A stretch of 64,000 nt of DNA, taken from the IMG/VR virus record IMGVR_UViG_3300009183_004565; one strand, written 5' to 3'. Shown here in pieces: positions 54,443 to 63,970 of this stretch. This DNA comes from a virus (taxonomy: Duplodnaviria > Caudoviricetes). The notes beneath the pieces were generated by a model that saw nothing but the letters and a program-made list of their open reading frames with translations, was not told the origin of the DNA and made no database searches. Numbering within the stretch: the stretch's first letter is position 1; each line of letters begins with the position of its first letter. The position numbers and the translations under genes were made by a program.

Positions 54443-55678
54443 GTGGGTACAGCAATTTCAACAAAATCAATGAATGCAGTAAAAAATGCTTACATTGATT
54501 GGCGATTTGATCAACCCAACGATTTTAATTTACTAGGACAACCAGTTAACTCTTTGGCAGCAATAAAGCCCATGATTAACCAGATCAAGTCCGACGGATT
54601 TACGGGTATTGTTTTAAACACCAATGTGCCCATCGATCCCGAAACTGGTCGATTGACTCTTTATGATCCTGCTCCTGGTGCGTTTATTACTAATAAAAAT
54701 GTACCTGCGGACACTTGGGCTGTGATAAAACATGCTAAAAAAAGTGGTTTAGCTGTTACACTTAATCTTAATATTGTTGATTATAGAAATGATAAGGCAC
54801 TTACTGCTGACTCTGTAGGCAGTGGTTTTTCAACTGATACCTTTTTTAAAGATGTTGCCAGTTATGAAGCCATGCTTGCTGGTAAAGCTAAATCAAGTGG
54901 CGTTAATGTAATAGGTATTGGCGTGTGTCAATATGGGCTAGACACTGATGCATATAAAGAACAATGGCAAACTATTATTAATGCTATACGTAAAAATTAC
55001 TCAGGTAAACTGACATACTCATCCGGAGAATATAGTACTCCGGTCTGGTCTATGGTTGATATTGTTAGCACCGTAGGTTGGGATAATGTAGGCGGAGCAC
55101 TAGACAGAATGAACTCTTTAGCAGATACCTATCGTAAACCAGTATATATAGATAGTGTTACTGCTGGTGGTGGCGAAGGACAAGCAGCAAGGATTAGAGA
55201 TATAATAAAGGCGTCGATCATTGACCGTAAAGAAGATCTAGCCGGACTATCATTTCATGAATTTGCACCATGGCAACAATCCAACTGGATTGTAAACCCG
55301 CAAACAGAAAACGATAAACAATGGTTGGCCTCAAATAATTATTCAAATGACCTTTATAACAAAGAAGCAGCAAATGCGTTAACAAACTGGTTTAATTATT
55401 CTACAGCTCCTATCAACGGGTCAAAAAAGAATGATAGACTTAAAGTATATGCCGGAGATAAAACAGTAGATGGTGGCAAAGGCGTTGATACTGTAGTGGT
55501 ATTAAATAAAGCAAAGGACTGTCAATTGTCTTTTGACAGTCCGGGAAGTTTTACATTAGTAAACAACACAGAAGGTACTAACAAGTTACTTAACTGTGAA
55601 TATATCCAATTTATGGATACACGGGTTAGTTTAATTGGACGCCAAGACTATAGCCAATACGGTTGGACGTCATGGTAA
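54443..55678 (+). CDS. GH113/GTA-type TIM-barrel protein with RTX-like C-terminus
   Basis: FF..A.YE.MLA..A...GV...IG; W..II..IR..YSGKLTY; GGKGVDTV tail. Confidence 0.55.
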   Translation: MGTAISTKSMNAVKNAYIDWRFDQPNDFNLLGQPVNSLAAIKPMINQIKSDGFTGIVLNTNVPIDPETGRLTLYDPAPGAFITNKNVPADTWAVIKHAKKSGLAVTLNLNIVDYRNDKALTADSVGSGFSTDTFFKDVASYEAMLAGKAKSSGVNVIGIGVCQYGLDTDAYKEQWQTIINAIRKNYSGKLTYSSGEYSTPVWSMVDIVSTVGWDNVGGALDRMNSLADTYRKPVYIDSVTAGGGEGQAARIRDIIKASIIDRKEDLAGLSFHEFAPWQQSNWIVNPQTENDKQWLASNNYSNDLYNKEAANALTNWFNYSTAPINGSKKNDRLKVYAGDKTVDGGKGVDTVVVLNKAKDCQLSFDSPGSFTLVNNTEGTNKLLNCEYIQFMDTRVSLIGRQDYSQYGWTSW

Positions 55679-55711
55679 TTTAATTGCAATTTTAGCAACA
55701 TTATCTTTTGG

Positions 55712-55774
55712 TTGACCAAAAAGATCCATTTTGCTATAATAGCAGTATAGTAATTAACAAGGAGCAGCAAAATG
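55712..55774 (+). promoter_or_regulatory. Early promoter plus RBS cassette
   Basis: TTGACC-17-TATAAT...AACAAGGAGCAGCAAAATG. Confidence 0.75.
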
Positions 55775-56095
55775 AAGCTACTAATCACTACCCAAGTTTA
55801 CGAAAACTACGCATGGAACCAAGACGGTACTACCATTGGCACCGGCGATGCGGCTTACTGGAAAGCCAAGGGTGGTAACGATTATGTTATCAGCAATTTT
55901 GATCCCACTCGTTATGCGCCGGGTATAGTAGTTGAACTCGTTCGTTCCAAAGTTGAATCCAACAACGACTACTTTCGTGAACACATTTTGGATTGGTCTG
56001 TTGTAGAAGACGATTACCTTACCGAATTCGAGCGTAGTCAACTGGAGTACGAAGGTCGGATTACTTATCCGGCTCAAGAATTAGAATTAGCATAA
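55772..56095 (+). CDS. Phage hypothetical protein
   Basis: MKLLITTQVYENYA...YWKAKGG..EFE.SQL. Confidence 0.65.
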   Translation: MKLLITTQVYENYAWNQDGTTIGTGDAAYWKAKGGNDYVISNFDPTRYAPGIVVELVRSKVESNNDYFREHILDWSVVEDDYLTEFERSQLEYEGRITYPAQELELA

Positions 56096-56111
56096 TTATA
56101 AGGAGAACAAA

Positions 56112-56675
56112 ATGCCAGCAGTATTTCTTGTAAGTGACACGCATTTTGGTCACGCTGGCGTTTGCCGCTTCTTGCGTAACGACGGTGTAACTAAACTGCG
56201 TCCTTGGGATAATCCTGAGGAAATGGACGAGTTTATGGTCAAGGCCTGGAACGAGCGTGTTCGGCCCAACGACAAAGTGTACCATCTTGGTGACGTTGTT
56301 ATCAACAGACGGGCACTTGCTACACTTGAACGTCTAAACGGTGACAAAGTTTTAATACGTGGTAACCACGATATCTTCCGTGACGACGAATATAGAAAGT
56401 ACTTCCGTGAACTACGTGCGTATCATGTCATGAACGGAATGATACTGAGCCATATTCCCATACACGAAGAAAGTCTGGGTCGCTTTGGTACCAACATACA
56501 CGGACATCTACATAGCAACAGAGTTATGAAAGATGGTGCAGTTGACGTTAGATACCATTGCGTCTGCGTAGAACAAACAGACTTTGCGCCCATCTTGTTT
56601 GAAGATGTTATCAAGCGTATCACGGCAGAAGGTGGTAGTATAGGCTTCAAAAACGGTAACGGCCCTACAATGTAA
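56112..56675 (+). CDS. Calcineurin-like phosphoesterase
   Basis: SDTHFGH, HLGD, RGNHD, SHIP, HGHLH. Confidence 0.88.
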   Translation: MPAVFLVSDTHFGHAGVCRFLRNDGVTKLRPWDNPEEMDEFMVKAWNERVRPNDKVYHLGDVVINRRALATLERLNGDKVLIRGNHDIFRDDEYRKYFRELRAYHVMNGMILSHIPIHEESLGRFGTNIHGHLHSNRVMKDGAVDVRYHCVCVEQTDFAPILFEDVIKRITAEGGSIGFKNGNGPTM

Positions 56676-56715
56676 TTGTTGACAGGGCTGTTACTAACAT
56701 ATATACTAAGAACAT

Positions 56716-56807
56716 GGAGCGTTGGCCGAGGGGTCGAAGGCAGCGGTTTGCTAAACCGTCGTATTGAGTAATCAGTACCATTAGTTCGAATCTAATACGC
56801 TCCGCCA
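56716..56807 (+). tRNA. tRNA-Ser(GCT)
   Basis: Anticodon loop TT-GCT-AA, long variable arm, G discriminator, CCA end. Confidence 0.93.
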
Positions 56808-56825
56808 AGTTTACCAGGAGGCAAC

Positions 56826-56984
56826 ATGGGCGCCAGTGACGTTCTAAAAGCAGCATTAGAAAAAAAGAAACAACAAACAACCTCAGTAGCAAAATCTAAA
56901 AACAATACCGCAGGTAAAAATGCTGTAGGTAATCAAGTAACCAGTAATAAACCAACCAAGAAATCCTCGGGTCGAGGACGATAG
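56826..56984 (+). CDS. Small basic protein (52 aa)
   Basis: AGGAGG SD; MGASDVLKAALEKKK...SSGRGR; not in track. Confidence 0.6.
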   Translation: MGASDVLKAALEKKKQQTTSVAKSKNNTAGKNAVGNQVTSNKPTKKSSGRGR

Positions 56985-56987
56985 TAG

Positions 56988-58349
56988 ATGACCAAAATTG
57001 CATCTGTACTCTACGACAACATTCCTGAAAACTTAAATGACATTAGAAATAATCTAATAGATCTTACCAAATTCAAGATGCAAGGGATGTTGCCAATTGA
57101 CATCATTAAAACCAATAAACTAAGCGACACGCTAGATAATATCAAGCAGGATGTGGATTGGGCAGTGGTAATTGCTGCAGGACATTATCTTGAAGGTCAA
57201 TATCTAATACAAGAAACTGTTGATCACGCCATAAAAGAAAATGTACCACTGGCCTGCCATATCCTGGCCAAAGGTGGTTACTTTCATTTTCATCAGCAAT
57301 GGTTCGCTATACACTTACCAACATGGCGGGCGGTTGGATCGCCAAGATTTGAAGAATCCCGCGGTAGGACCTTGACTGTTAAAGAAACTGTGCGTGACCC
57401 AAACAATGTACACGATGACTATACTCCGTGGTGGTTAAAACCCGGTGATTCAGATAAAACATATAGAACTGACTACGGGTACTTCGGGTTGAATGTGATT
57501 GAAGCATTGATTAATCACAATCATGCAATCACAAACATACCGCAGAATATACGTAATCGTAAATGTTATCCTTATCCAGATGCAAATCATCAAGAGATTA
57601 GAGAAATAATCAACAATCCAAAAAAAGAGTTTCCTAAAGAAACCACAAACTCATCTGTATGGTGGTTTAAACAATTGTTGGATAGATTAACTGATCAATT
57701 GGATCGCGGCTTTTATGTATTAAACACTGAACCATTTACATTAAATTCTCGAGTTGATAATGCTAAATTTGATTGTTTTGTGGGAGTATGCGGTGGAATT
57801 AAACCTGCTTGTATTGTTGGACGAGATAACTTTATAGCACCGTCATCGGTACACTTGTTTGATATAAGTGACGCAGCACTTGATTGGCAAAAGTATCTAA
57901 TAGAACATTGGGACGGCGATTTTTCAACGTTTGAGTCTGTGTTTAAATCTTTTATGGACAAGAACCCAGGATATTACCCCATGTATCATTCCCATCTTTC
58001 AATAGAAGAAAATATTGGGTGGTACTTTAAGAGTGGAAACTTAACTAAAGAAGAATTTCAAATTAGATGGAACAAGTATCGTACTTCGGAATTTAATTTT
58101 CATAAATTAGATTTGTTGGCACCAGACGCTGCAGACCAAATATTATCATTAATTGGTGATAAAAAATGTTGTTACCTCTGGGCCAGTAATGCATTTTCTA
58201 TGGATTATTTAATGTTCTATAAAACTGAAAAGGGTTCTGAACTAATTGGCGAAACCTTTAAACGAACTCTTCAGAACAAATCATCTACAGAAATATTCTA
58301 CGAAGAATGTAATCAAATAAAGTACATTAGGCCTGTTGGTAACTGTTAA
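56988..58349 (+). CDS. Hypothetical protein
   Basis: 453-aa ORF, no confident motif. Confidence 0.6.
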   Translation: MTKIASVLYDNIPENLNDIRNNLIDLTKFKMQGMLPIDIIKTNKLSDTLDNIKQDVDWAVVIAAGHYLEGQYLIQETVDHAIKENVPLACHILAKGGYFHFHQQWFAIHLPTWRAVGSPRFEESRGRTLTVKETVRDPNNVHDDYTPWWLKPGDSDKTYRTDYGYFGLNVIEALINHNHAITNIPQNIRNRKCYPYPDANHQEIREIINNPKKEFPKETTNSSVWWFKQLLDRLTDQLDRGFYVLNTEPFTLNSRVDNAKFDCFVGVCGGIKPACIVGRDNFIAPSSVHLFDISDAALDWQKYLIEHWDGDFSTFESVFKSFMDKNPGYYPMYHSHLSIEENIGWYFKSGNLTKEEFQIRWNKYRTSEFNFHKLDLLAPDAADQILSLIGDKKCCYLWASNAFSMDYLMFYKTEKGSELIGETFKRTLQNKSSTEIFYEECNQIKYIRPVGNC

Positions 58350-59025
58350 CAACTATTTGATCCCATTCTGGTCCACGCCAAGTTCCATGTACAATAATGT
58401 GAAATCGATCTTGGGTGCTATCATTGTAAACTGCATGATCATAATGATTGTTGAATAAAAAGGCACTGCCGGTATTTTCAAAAGGAACTGTACCTTGCGT
58501 AGTTACCAGTTGACAACCTTCAGGATTGTTCAGCGATATGTTAACTGCTCCACCTAAAAAAGTATCACGATTGTCACTATGAGGCATTATGTATCCTTGG
58601 GGTTCTACCAGCATGTAACGCAGTCGCTGGTATGATCTATAAGGAAAAACATTTTTAAAATAATTCACAGTTACAGGGCAATACTCTGCGATTTCAGTCC
58701 ATTGATAAGTGACTTCGTTGGAATTTAATCCGTGCATTTCCGGAACGTTAGTAACATGCGATGCTACGCCATGTATGGTAAGACTACGCCATCCTTCACT
58801 TTGATCATCCCTATGTACTACAAATCGTTCTTTAAGAGCTCGAGCTTCGGCCAACATTTCTGCATACGGAGCATCAATGATTAATTTTAGCCAAGCAGCA
58901 CGAGCTTTAGTAAGAATCCAATGTGAGCAATGATTTATACTTCTATCTTCGGGCAATGGTTCGTACTCAAATGAGTTATTTTGATTGTCGTTGACGAATT
59001 TTTTAACTAGATTGATATGTTTCAT
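58327..59025 (-). CDS. Asp/Asn beta-hydroxylase-like 2OG-Fe(II) oxygenase
   Basis: IMPHSD (HxD), HAVYN, RFHII. Confidence 0.7.
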   Translation of the reverse strand: MKHINLVKKFVNDNQNNSFEYEPLPEDRSINHCSHWILTKARAAWLKLIIDAPYAEMLAEARALKERFVVHRDDQSEGWRSLTIHGVASHVTNVPEMHGLNSNEVTYQWTEIAEYCPVTVNYFKNVFPYRSYQRLRYMLVEPQGYIMPHSDNRDTFLGGAVNISLNNPEGCQLVTTQGTVPFENTGSAFLFNNHYDHAVYNDSTQDRFHIIVHGTWRGPEWDQIVVNSYQQA

Positions 59026-59080
59026 ATTTGATATTGACTGTAATATATTTATATGCTACAATTTGTTTTAAATAGTTAAA

Positions 59081-59165
59081 GCCCGGGTGGAGAAATGGTA
59101 TACTCAGGAGACTTAAAATCTCCCGCTCACAAGGCATGCCGGTTCGAGTCCGGCCCCGGGCACCA
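59081..59165 (+). tRNA. tRNA-Leu(TAA)
   Basis: Anticodon loop CT-TAA-AA, variable arm, CCA end. Confidence 0.95.
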
Positions 59166-59170
59166 AACAA

Positions 59171-59245
59171 CTGGCTATAGTATAATGGATAATACAGGGG
59201 ATTTCTACTCCCTCGATGTGGGTTCGATTCCTGCTAGCCGGACCA
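59171..59245 (+). tRNA. tRNA-Arg(TCT)
   Basis: Anticodon stem GGGGA/TCCCT, loop TT-TCT-AC, A20 identity element, CCA end. Confidence 0.88.
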
Positions 59246-59253
59246 AGTTTTAT

Positions 59254-59331
59254 GCAACGGTGGCAGAGAGGCCCAATGCAAGGGACTGCAAATCCCTAAA
59301 ACCGTCAGTTCGAATCTGACCCGTTGCTCCA
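59254..59331 (+). tRNA. tRNA-Cys(GCA)
   Basis: Anticodon loop CT-GCA-AA, U discriminator, CCA end. Confidence 0.93.
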
Positions 59332-59357
59332 GGTTAAATACATAGAAGGGAGCCACT

Positions 59358-59663
59358 ATGTCCGACGATAACAATAAAATTAAAAATAGCAGTCGTAGAT
59401 ATAAAGATGAAGTAGCAATTGAAAGACAAATCCGTATTGCCAAAGACTATCATATGCATCAAGGCGGCGGCGACAAGTGGAAGTATATTGAACAACCACA
59501 CCGTAATCACAAGAAGCATATACTAAACTGCGGTGATCCAAAGTGTTATATGTGTGCCAATCCTCGCAAAGTGTTCAAAGAAGAAACCATGCAGGAACGT
59601 AAACATAAGCAAGATAAATTTTACTTAGAGTCTAATGTTGACATTAAAGATGAATTCAAGTAA
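59358..59663 (+). CDS. Hypothetical basic protein with CxxxxCxxC motif
   Basis: LNCGDPKCYMCANPRK. Confidence 0.6.
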   Translation: MSDDNNKIKNSSRRYKDEVAIERQIRIAKDYHMHQGGGDKWKYIEQPHRNHKKHILNCGDPKCYMCANPRKVFKEETMQERKHKQDKFYLESNVDIKDEFK

Positions 59664-59675
59664 AATATAAAGTAT

Positions 59676-59749
59676 TCCGGTGTAGTATAGTGGCAGTGCA
59701 ACGGTCTCCAAAACCGTGAGTGGCAGTTCGATTCTGTCCACCGGAGCCA
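59676..59749 (+). tRNA. tRNA-Trp(CCA)
   Basis: Anticodon loop CT-CCA-AA, G discriminator, CCA end. Confidence 0.92.
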
Positions 59750-59770
59750 AACTTTTTAGGAGCATATTCA

Positions 59771-59953
59771 ATGAAACAATTAAAAGTAGCAGTTCCAGTT
59801 CTTCTAGTAATCATAGCTGCAATGAACATAGCAGTAAATTATATGTCAGGCAACGACAATGCGGCATGGGCAAATTTTTCTGCTTTGTGTGCCTGGCTTA
59901 TTGTTGCCGGTGATGAAATTGTCAAGTTTCTAGACGAAAGAAAATCTATTTAA
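59771..59953 (+). CDS. Small two-TM membrane protein
   Basis: AGGAG SD, ATG 59771. Confidence 0.55.
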   Translation: MKQLKVAVPVLLVIIAAMNIAVNYMSGNDNAAWANFSALCAWLIVAGDEIVKFLDERKSI

Positions 59954-59957
59954 AATT

Positions 59958-60710
59958 ATGAGACTTGGATTTTTTGGCGATAGTTATATTGATGTACAAC
60001 ACGCTGTACATTCTAATTTCAAAGATAAATCTTTATACACAGACACTTGGGCGGCAAAATTATTAAGCGATTTAAATAAAGAAGTATTAAGTACTGGGTT
60101 TGGTGGATCAAGTATTTACTATGCTGTTTCTCGATGGAAAGAGGATTTGGTAAAATATCATGATCAGTCTTACGATTATGCAATTTTTACATTCACATGG
60201 GATGATCGATTATATACTGATCGTGATTACAGATCTGTCTATGCTGCCATGGCCGAAAAAAGAGATGTTGACGTAAACAACGAACCTGAATTAGCTAAAG
60301 TGTTAGAAGCATTAAATCTCTATTATCAATATATTCACAGCAACGAACAGTCTAAATTTAACTACGAGCTTACGCTAAAATGGATATTAGATCTGCCAGC
60401 TCAACATCCTGAAACAAAGTTTATTTTTTTACCATGCACTGAATTTGCCAGATCAACAGCATTAAAATATTTTCAAAGCGGAGTGTTATTAAATTTTAGT
60501 TTTGAAACATTATCTAATTTAGAATCCGGAAGTCCTTGTATCATGCCTTGTATGTGTAATAGATCAGGCCATTTAAATGAACAAAATAATACCTTGTTCA
60601 AGGATCTAATAAAAAATATATTATTTGATTACCCAAACTTTGAAAATACAGTACTTGACCCGGATTTTACAAACTTCGATTTAACTGAAATACCTAAATT
60701 TGAAAGATAA
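59958..60710 (+). CDS. SGNH/GDSL hydrolase-like protein
   Basis: FFGDSY block I, G.GG.S, C-terminal GHL. Confidence 0.6.
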   Translation: MRLGFFGDSYIDVQHAVHSNFKDKSLYTDTWAAKLLSDLNKEVLSTGFGGSSIYYAVSRWKEDLVKYHDQSYDYAIFTFTWDDRLYTDRDYRSVYAAMAEKRDVDVNNEPELAKVLEALNLYYQYIHSNEQSKFNYELTLKWILDLPAQHPETKFIFLPCTEFARSTALKYFQSGVLLNFSFETLSNLESGSPCIMPCMCNRSGHLNEQNNTLFKDLIKNILFDYPNFENTVLDPDFTNFDLTEIPKFER

Positions 60711-60801
60711 TTAAATTTTTTAATTTTATCAAAAAGCCCATTGGGCTTTTTCTTGACTCGATATTTTAATTTTGCTAAAATATGTAACGAGGTAACATAT
60801 T

Positions 60802-60981
60802 ATGCGTAAACCAGACAAAATTTATAAAGTAAAAAATCTTCGTACCAATGAAGTTTTTACTACCAGCACAATCTATGAAAAAAATATTGACGGTGAACCC
60901 TTTATTGGTGTGTGGCGGGAATCTGACTCGCATCGCAGAATAAACTGGATCAGAAAAGACAGCACAGAAAAGGTAAAATAG
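60802..60981 (+). CDS. Small hypothetical protein (59 aa)
   Basis: GAGG SD; MRKPDKIYKV...; not in track. Confidence 0.55.
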   Translation: MRKPDKIYKVKNLRTNEVFTTSTIYEKNIDGEPFIGVWRESDSHRRINWIRKDSTEKVK

Positions 60982-61379
60982 TGGCGGCCACACCAATTAA
61001 AAATACAGCAACATCTAATCTAACAGTTACAATTCCGACTGGTGGTTCTGCTAGCACCATATCAATAGTTGGTGGTGGCGGTGGTGGTGGCGGAACTTAT
61101 GGACCAATTTATACCATAAACGGTACAGTATCCAATCCTGCCACTTCGGGCCAAATTCATGTACAGGGCGATGCTACGTTCGAAGGTAACATTACTTGGC
61201 AAGGGCGAGATATGCGAGAATGGTTCGCAACTGTGGAATCTCGTCTTGGCATGCTGCAGCCAAACCCCAAACTCGAAGAAGGTTGGGGAGAATTGGCCGA
61301 TCTTAGAATGAAGTATGTAGAGCTGGAGCGAAAGTTGCTAGAACAGCAACGTGTGTTTGATATCCTTAAACAGGAATAG
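60981..61379 (+). CDS. Hypothetical protein with Gly-rich linker and coiled coil
   Basis: GGGGGGGG run; LQPNPKLE..W.EL. Confidence 0.55.
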   Translation: MAATPIKNTATSNLTVTIPTGGSASTISIVGGGGGGGGTYGPIYTINGTVSNPATSGQIHVQGDATFEGNITWQGRDMREWFATVESRLGMLQPNPKLEEGWGELADLRMKYVELERKLLEQQRVFDILKQE

Positions 61380-61410
61380 ACACAAAATCGTAAATATTTT
61401 ATAATACGTT

Positions 61411-61584
61411 ATGACTAAAATATTAATTGATGTTAATCATGCCAGCGATGCTATTAGATGGGCCGTTACTCATTTTGGCAGCGGCAATAACTTTACTGTA
61501 CAGCATGATTTTCCTAGTAGCAAGTATCGGTTTGAATTTGATGATGATAATCAAGCAACAATGTTTGCCTTAAAATGGGTGTAA
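61411..61584 (+). CDS. Short ORF, FxL(K/R)W family (57 aa)
   Basis: Ends FEFDDDNQATMFALKWV; not in track. Confidence 0.6.
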   Translation: MTKILIDVNHASDAIRWAVTHFGSGNNFTVQHDFPSSKYRFEFDDDNQATMFALKWV

Positions 61585-61585
61585 T

Positions 61586-62425
61586 ATGAAAATCGCAGTA
61601 TGCAGCGATCTCCATTTAGAGTTTGGAGATTTGGACTTAGAGAACACCAAGAACGCCGACGTGCTGATTCTTGGTGGTGACATCTTCATTGCCGAAGATT
61701 TAAATCACTTTGAGCCCAACTTGATCAATAATGATGTGTTGATTCCGACTCGCATGGCTCTACGTGCCCAGCGTTCATATGACTTTGTTCAACGCTGTTG
61801 CGAACGGTTTCCGCATGTTGTATTAATCGCAGGTAACCACGAACACTATCACGGTGATTTTGCTGAGACTCATTGGACGTTGCGTAAGGTGTTTGCAGAC
61901 TTTACTAATCTACACATCTTGGACAAACAGTTTACTATAATTGACAATGTTGTATTCTTTGGTGGCACACTATGGACCAACATGAACAGCGAAGATCCTG
62001 AAACCATGCGGACTGTTCGTGGCATAATGAATGACTACAACTGTATCAAGAATACATCAGAAGAAGGTATGAAAGTATTCATGCCCGAAGATTCTGTTAC
62101 GGATCATAAAAAGTTCTTGGCCGAACTTGATCGGGTGTTGCGTGTTTATCCCACACAACCTACAGTGGTAGTCGGGCATCATGCACCTAGCAAAGCAAGC
62201 ACTCATCCTCGTTATAAAACTGAAACAATAATGAATGGTGCATATAGCAGCAACTTGGACAATTTTATTCTTGACAATCGTCAGATCAAACTTTGGACAC
62301 ATGGACACACACACGAAGATTTTGATTACATGATCGGATCTACTCGTATTGTTTGCAACCCACGTGGCTATGATGGGTACGAGGCCAAGGCTGATACATT
62401 TACTCTTAAATACGTGGAGATCTAA
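61586..62425 (+). CDS. Metallophosphoesterase
   Basis: SDLHLE, GGD, AGNHEH, GHHAP, HGHTH, CNPRGY. Confidence 0.9.
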   Translation: MKIAVCSDLHLEFGDLDLENTKNADVLILGGDIFIAEDLNHFEPNLINNDVLIPTRMALRAQRSYDFVQRCCERFPHVVLIAGNHEHYHGDFAETHWTLRKVFADFTNLHILDKQFTIIDNVVFFGGTLWTNMNSEDPETMRTVRGIMNDYNCIKNTSEEGMKVFMPEDSVTDHKKFLAELDRVLRVYPTQPTVVVGHHAPSKASTHPRYKTETIMNGAYSSNLDNFILDNRQIKLWTHGHTHEDFDYMIGSTRIVCNPRGYDGYEAKADTFTLKYVEI

Positions 62426-62647
62426 ATGAAAACATTTGATACATTTGAAGAAGTAGTTGGAATGCAGCATTGCATGAAGAGGCCGATTGTGGTGCATGCC
62501 AAGAAGATGGATGTGGAATTCCGTGTTGACACACTAGAAGGCAATTACAAACAAGGCAAGCCCGGTGACTATCTTATGCGAGGTATCAACGGCGAACTTT
62601 ATATCTGTGATGGTACTATCTTTGAACGAACATACGATTGGGTTTAA
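62426..62647 (+). CDS. PGDY-motif hypothetical protein
   Basis: TLEG...GKPGDYLMRG..GELY. Confidence 0.6.
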   Translation: MKTFDTFEEVVGMQHCMKRPIVVHAKKMDVEFRVDTLEGNYKQGKPGDYLMRGINGELYICDGTIFERTYDWV

Positions 62648-62649
62648 TA

Positions 62650-62907
62650 ATGGACAGTGACTTTCCTGACTTTGATGAAGCGTATGTTAAATTGATGTTG
62701 CCTGAGAATCCCAATCAATTTGATCTACTGGCTGCTCGGGCAAACTTTGGCATTTATCGTCATGATCTATGGCAGGGTACAGGTCGACGCTTTGCTGAGT
62801 CTATTGTTAAAGAATGTATGAGTGTTGTGCAAAATGCTGTAGATCATCGCGAACCCGCAAGTACCTATGCGGATAAGATTCGAGAACGTTTTGGAATCGA
62901 CGAATGA
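62650..62907 (+). CDS. Hypothetical protein, FAxLIxxEC family
   Basis: RFAESIVKEC...IRERFGIDE. Confidence 0.55.
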   Translation: MDSDFPDFDEAYVKLMLPENPNQFDLLAARANFGIYRHDLWQGTGRRFAESIVKECMSVVQNAVDHREPASTYADKIRERFGIDE

Positions 62908-63149
62908 AAAATCTACTTGATATTCTTCCAAAGTTATTGGAATTAATGCCGGGAATTGTACAATTCCTAAAGTATATTCCTATTCTGATGGTTTTGGCGG
63001 GTATTGGGTACGGTGCATTTTATTGGAGTCAGAACTACAAAGATCCTTTTAAGTGTGTTGACAATCAAATTTACGAACAAGTGAGAGTGGACTCTAATGT
63101 GTATGAATTCAAAGGCGGCTACTGTGTGGATGGAGCTAGTATAAAATGA
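62904..63149 (+). CDS. Small membrane protein
   Basis: TM segment followed by a Cys-pair domain. Confidence 0.55.
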   Translation: MKNLLDILPKLLELMPGIVQFLKYIPILMVLAGIGYGAFYWSQNYKDPFKCVDNQIYEQVRVDSNVYEFKGGYCVDGASIK

Positions 63150-63970
63150 GAAACCATTATTGGACTTGCAGTAAATTTGCAGACTGGTTACGTGGCACAC
63201 CTAGTCCCGGTGCTTTGACCAGCAAAGACTGGAAAGCGTGGCATAAAGAAGCCAAGGCAGCACACCCTGTTCGTTATTGGCTAGCCGATGATGGACTTGA
63301 TTATATACAACAATTTGTTTTCTACATTCCGGATCAACTATATGCGATCAAATATTATATCAACAATCGATGGGTTACTGGAACCCACTCACTCCGTGCT
63401 CACCCTCGTGATATTACCCCTGGTGATTGGTGCGATGTTGGCAATCGTTTCCTGCCATGTCTTTTTAACGAACTTGTTGATTTTGTTGAAGTAGAACTGG
63501 CATGGTGGCATATTGCCTGGAGTGATCGAGCAGAACGGGCCAAGTACGATGCTCCTTTTTGGGCAACTGGATGGTTCCGTTGGCGTAACTGGCGCTGCCC
63601 ACAAGCAGGCCTAGATAATCTTGCCTGGCAAATGACCTGTGATAATAAAGATTATACTCCTGAAGATCATCCTGATTATGGCCAACTTACCCCACAGGCA
63701 CACAATGCAGCAGAAATCTTGGCGTTGTACACTTGGTGGACCCAAGAGCGTCCCAAGCGTGTGGATCCTATGGAAGCTAGTGGATGGACAGCCTACTGTG
63801 AGAGTAAACGCCAAGCAGGTGGCAGTGTACTGGATACTCTTGATCATGACGATGGTGTTGATACCACACCCATGCATGACATAATGCGTGACTTAGAAGA
63901 TAAGTATGAAATGGAGGACGAAAAGATGATGATTCGTCTAATTAAAATTCGCCAAGCACTTTGGACCTAA
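63146..63970 (+). CDS. Trp-rich hypothetical protein
   Basis: 274-aa ORF ending EMMIRLIKIRQALWT-like motif. Confidence 0.6.
   Translation: MRNHYWTCSKFADWLRGTPSPGALTSKDWKAWHKEAKAAHPVRYWLADDGLDYIQQFVFYIPDQLYAIKYYINNRWVTGTHSLRAHPRDITPGDWCDVGNRFLPCLFNELVDFVEVELAWWHIAWSDRAERAKYDAPFWATGWFRWRNWRCPQAGLDNLAWQMTCDNKDYTPEDHPDYGQLTPQAHNAAEILALYTWWTQERPKRVDPMEASGWTAYCESKRQAGGSVLDTLDHDDGVDTTPMHDIMRDLEDKYEMEDEKMMIRLIKIRQALWT

Noticed and set aside
59171-59245. Amber suppressor (CTA) reading of the tRNA loop TTTCTAC
   Set aside because: Only the register GGGGA/TCCCT gives a 5-bp stem; it centres TCT (Arg), and A20 supports Arg identity
59095-59913. Track ORFs 59095-59319 and 59716-59913, and the extended start at 59720
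   Set aside because: They translate through tRNA genes
61071-61092. GGT repeat run as microsatellite or phase-variation site
   Set aside because: In-frame poly-Gly codons within a protein linker
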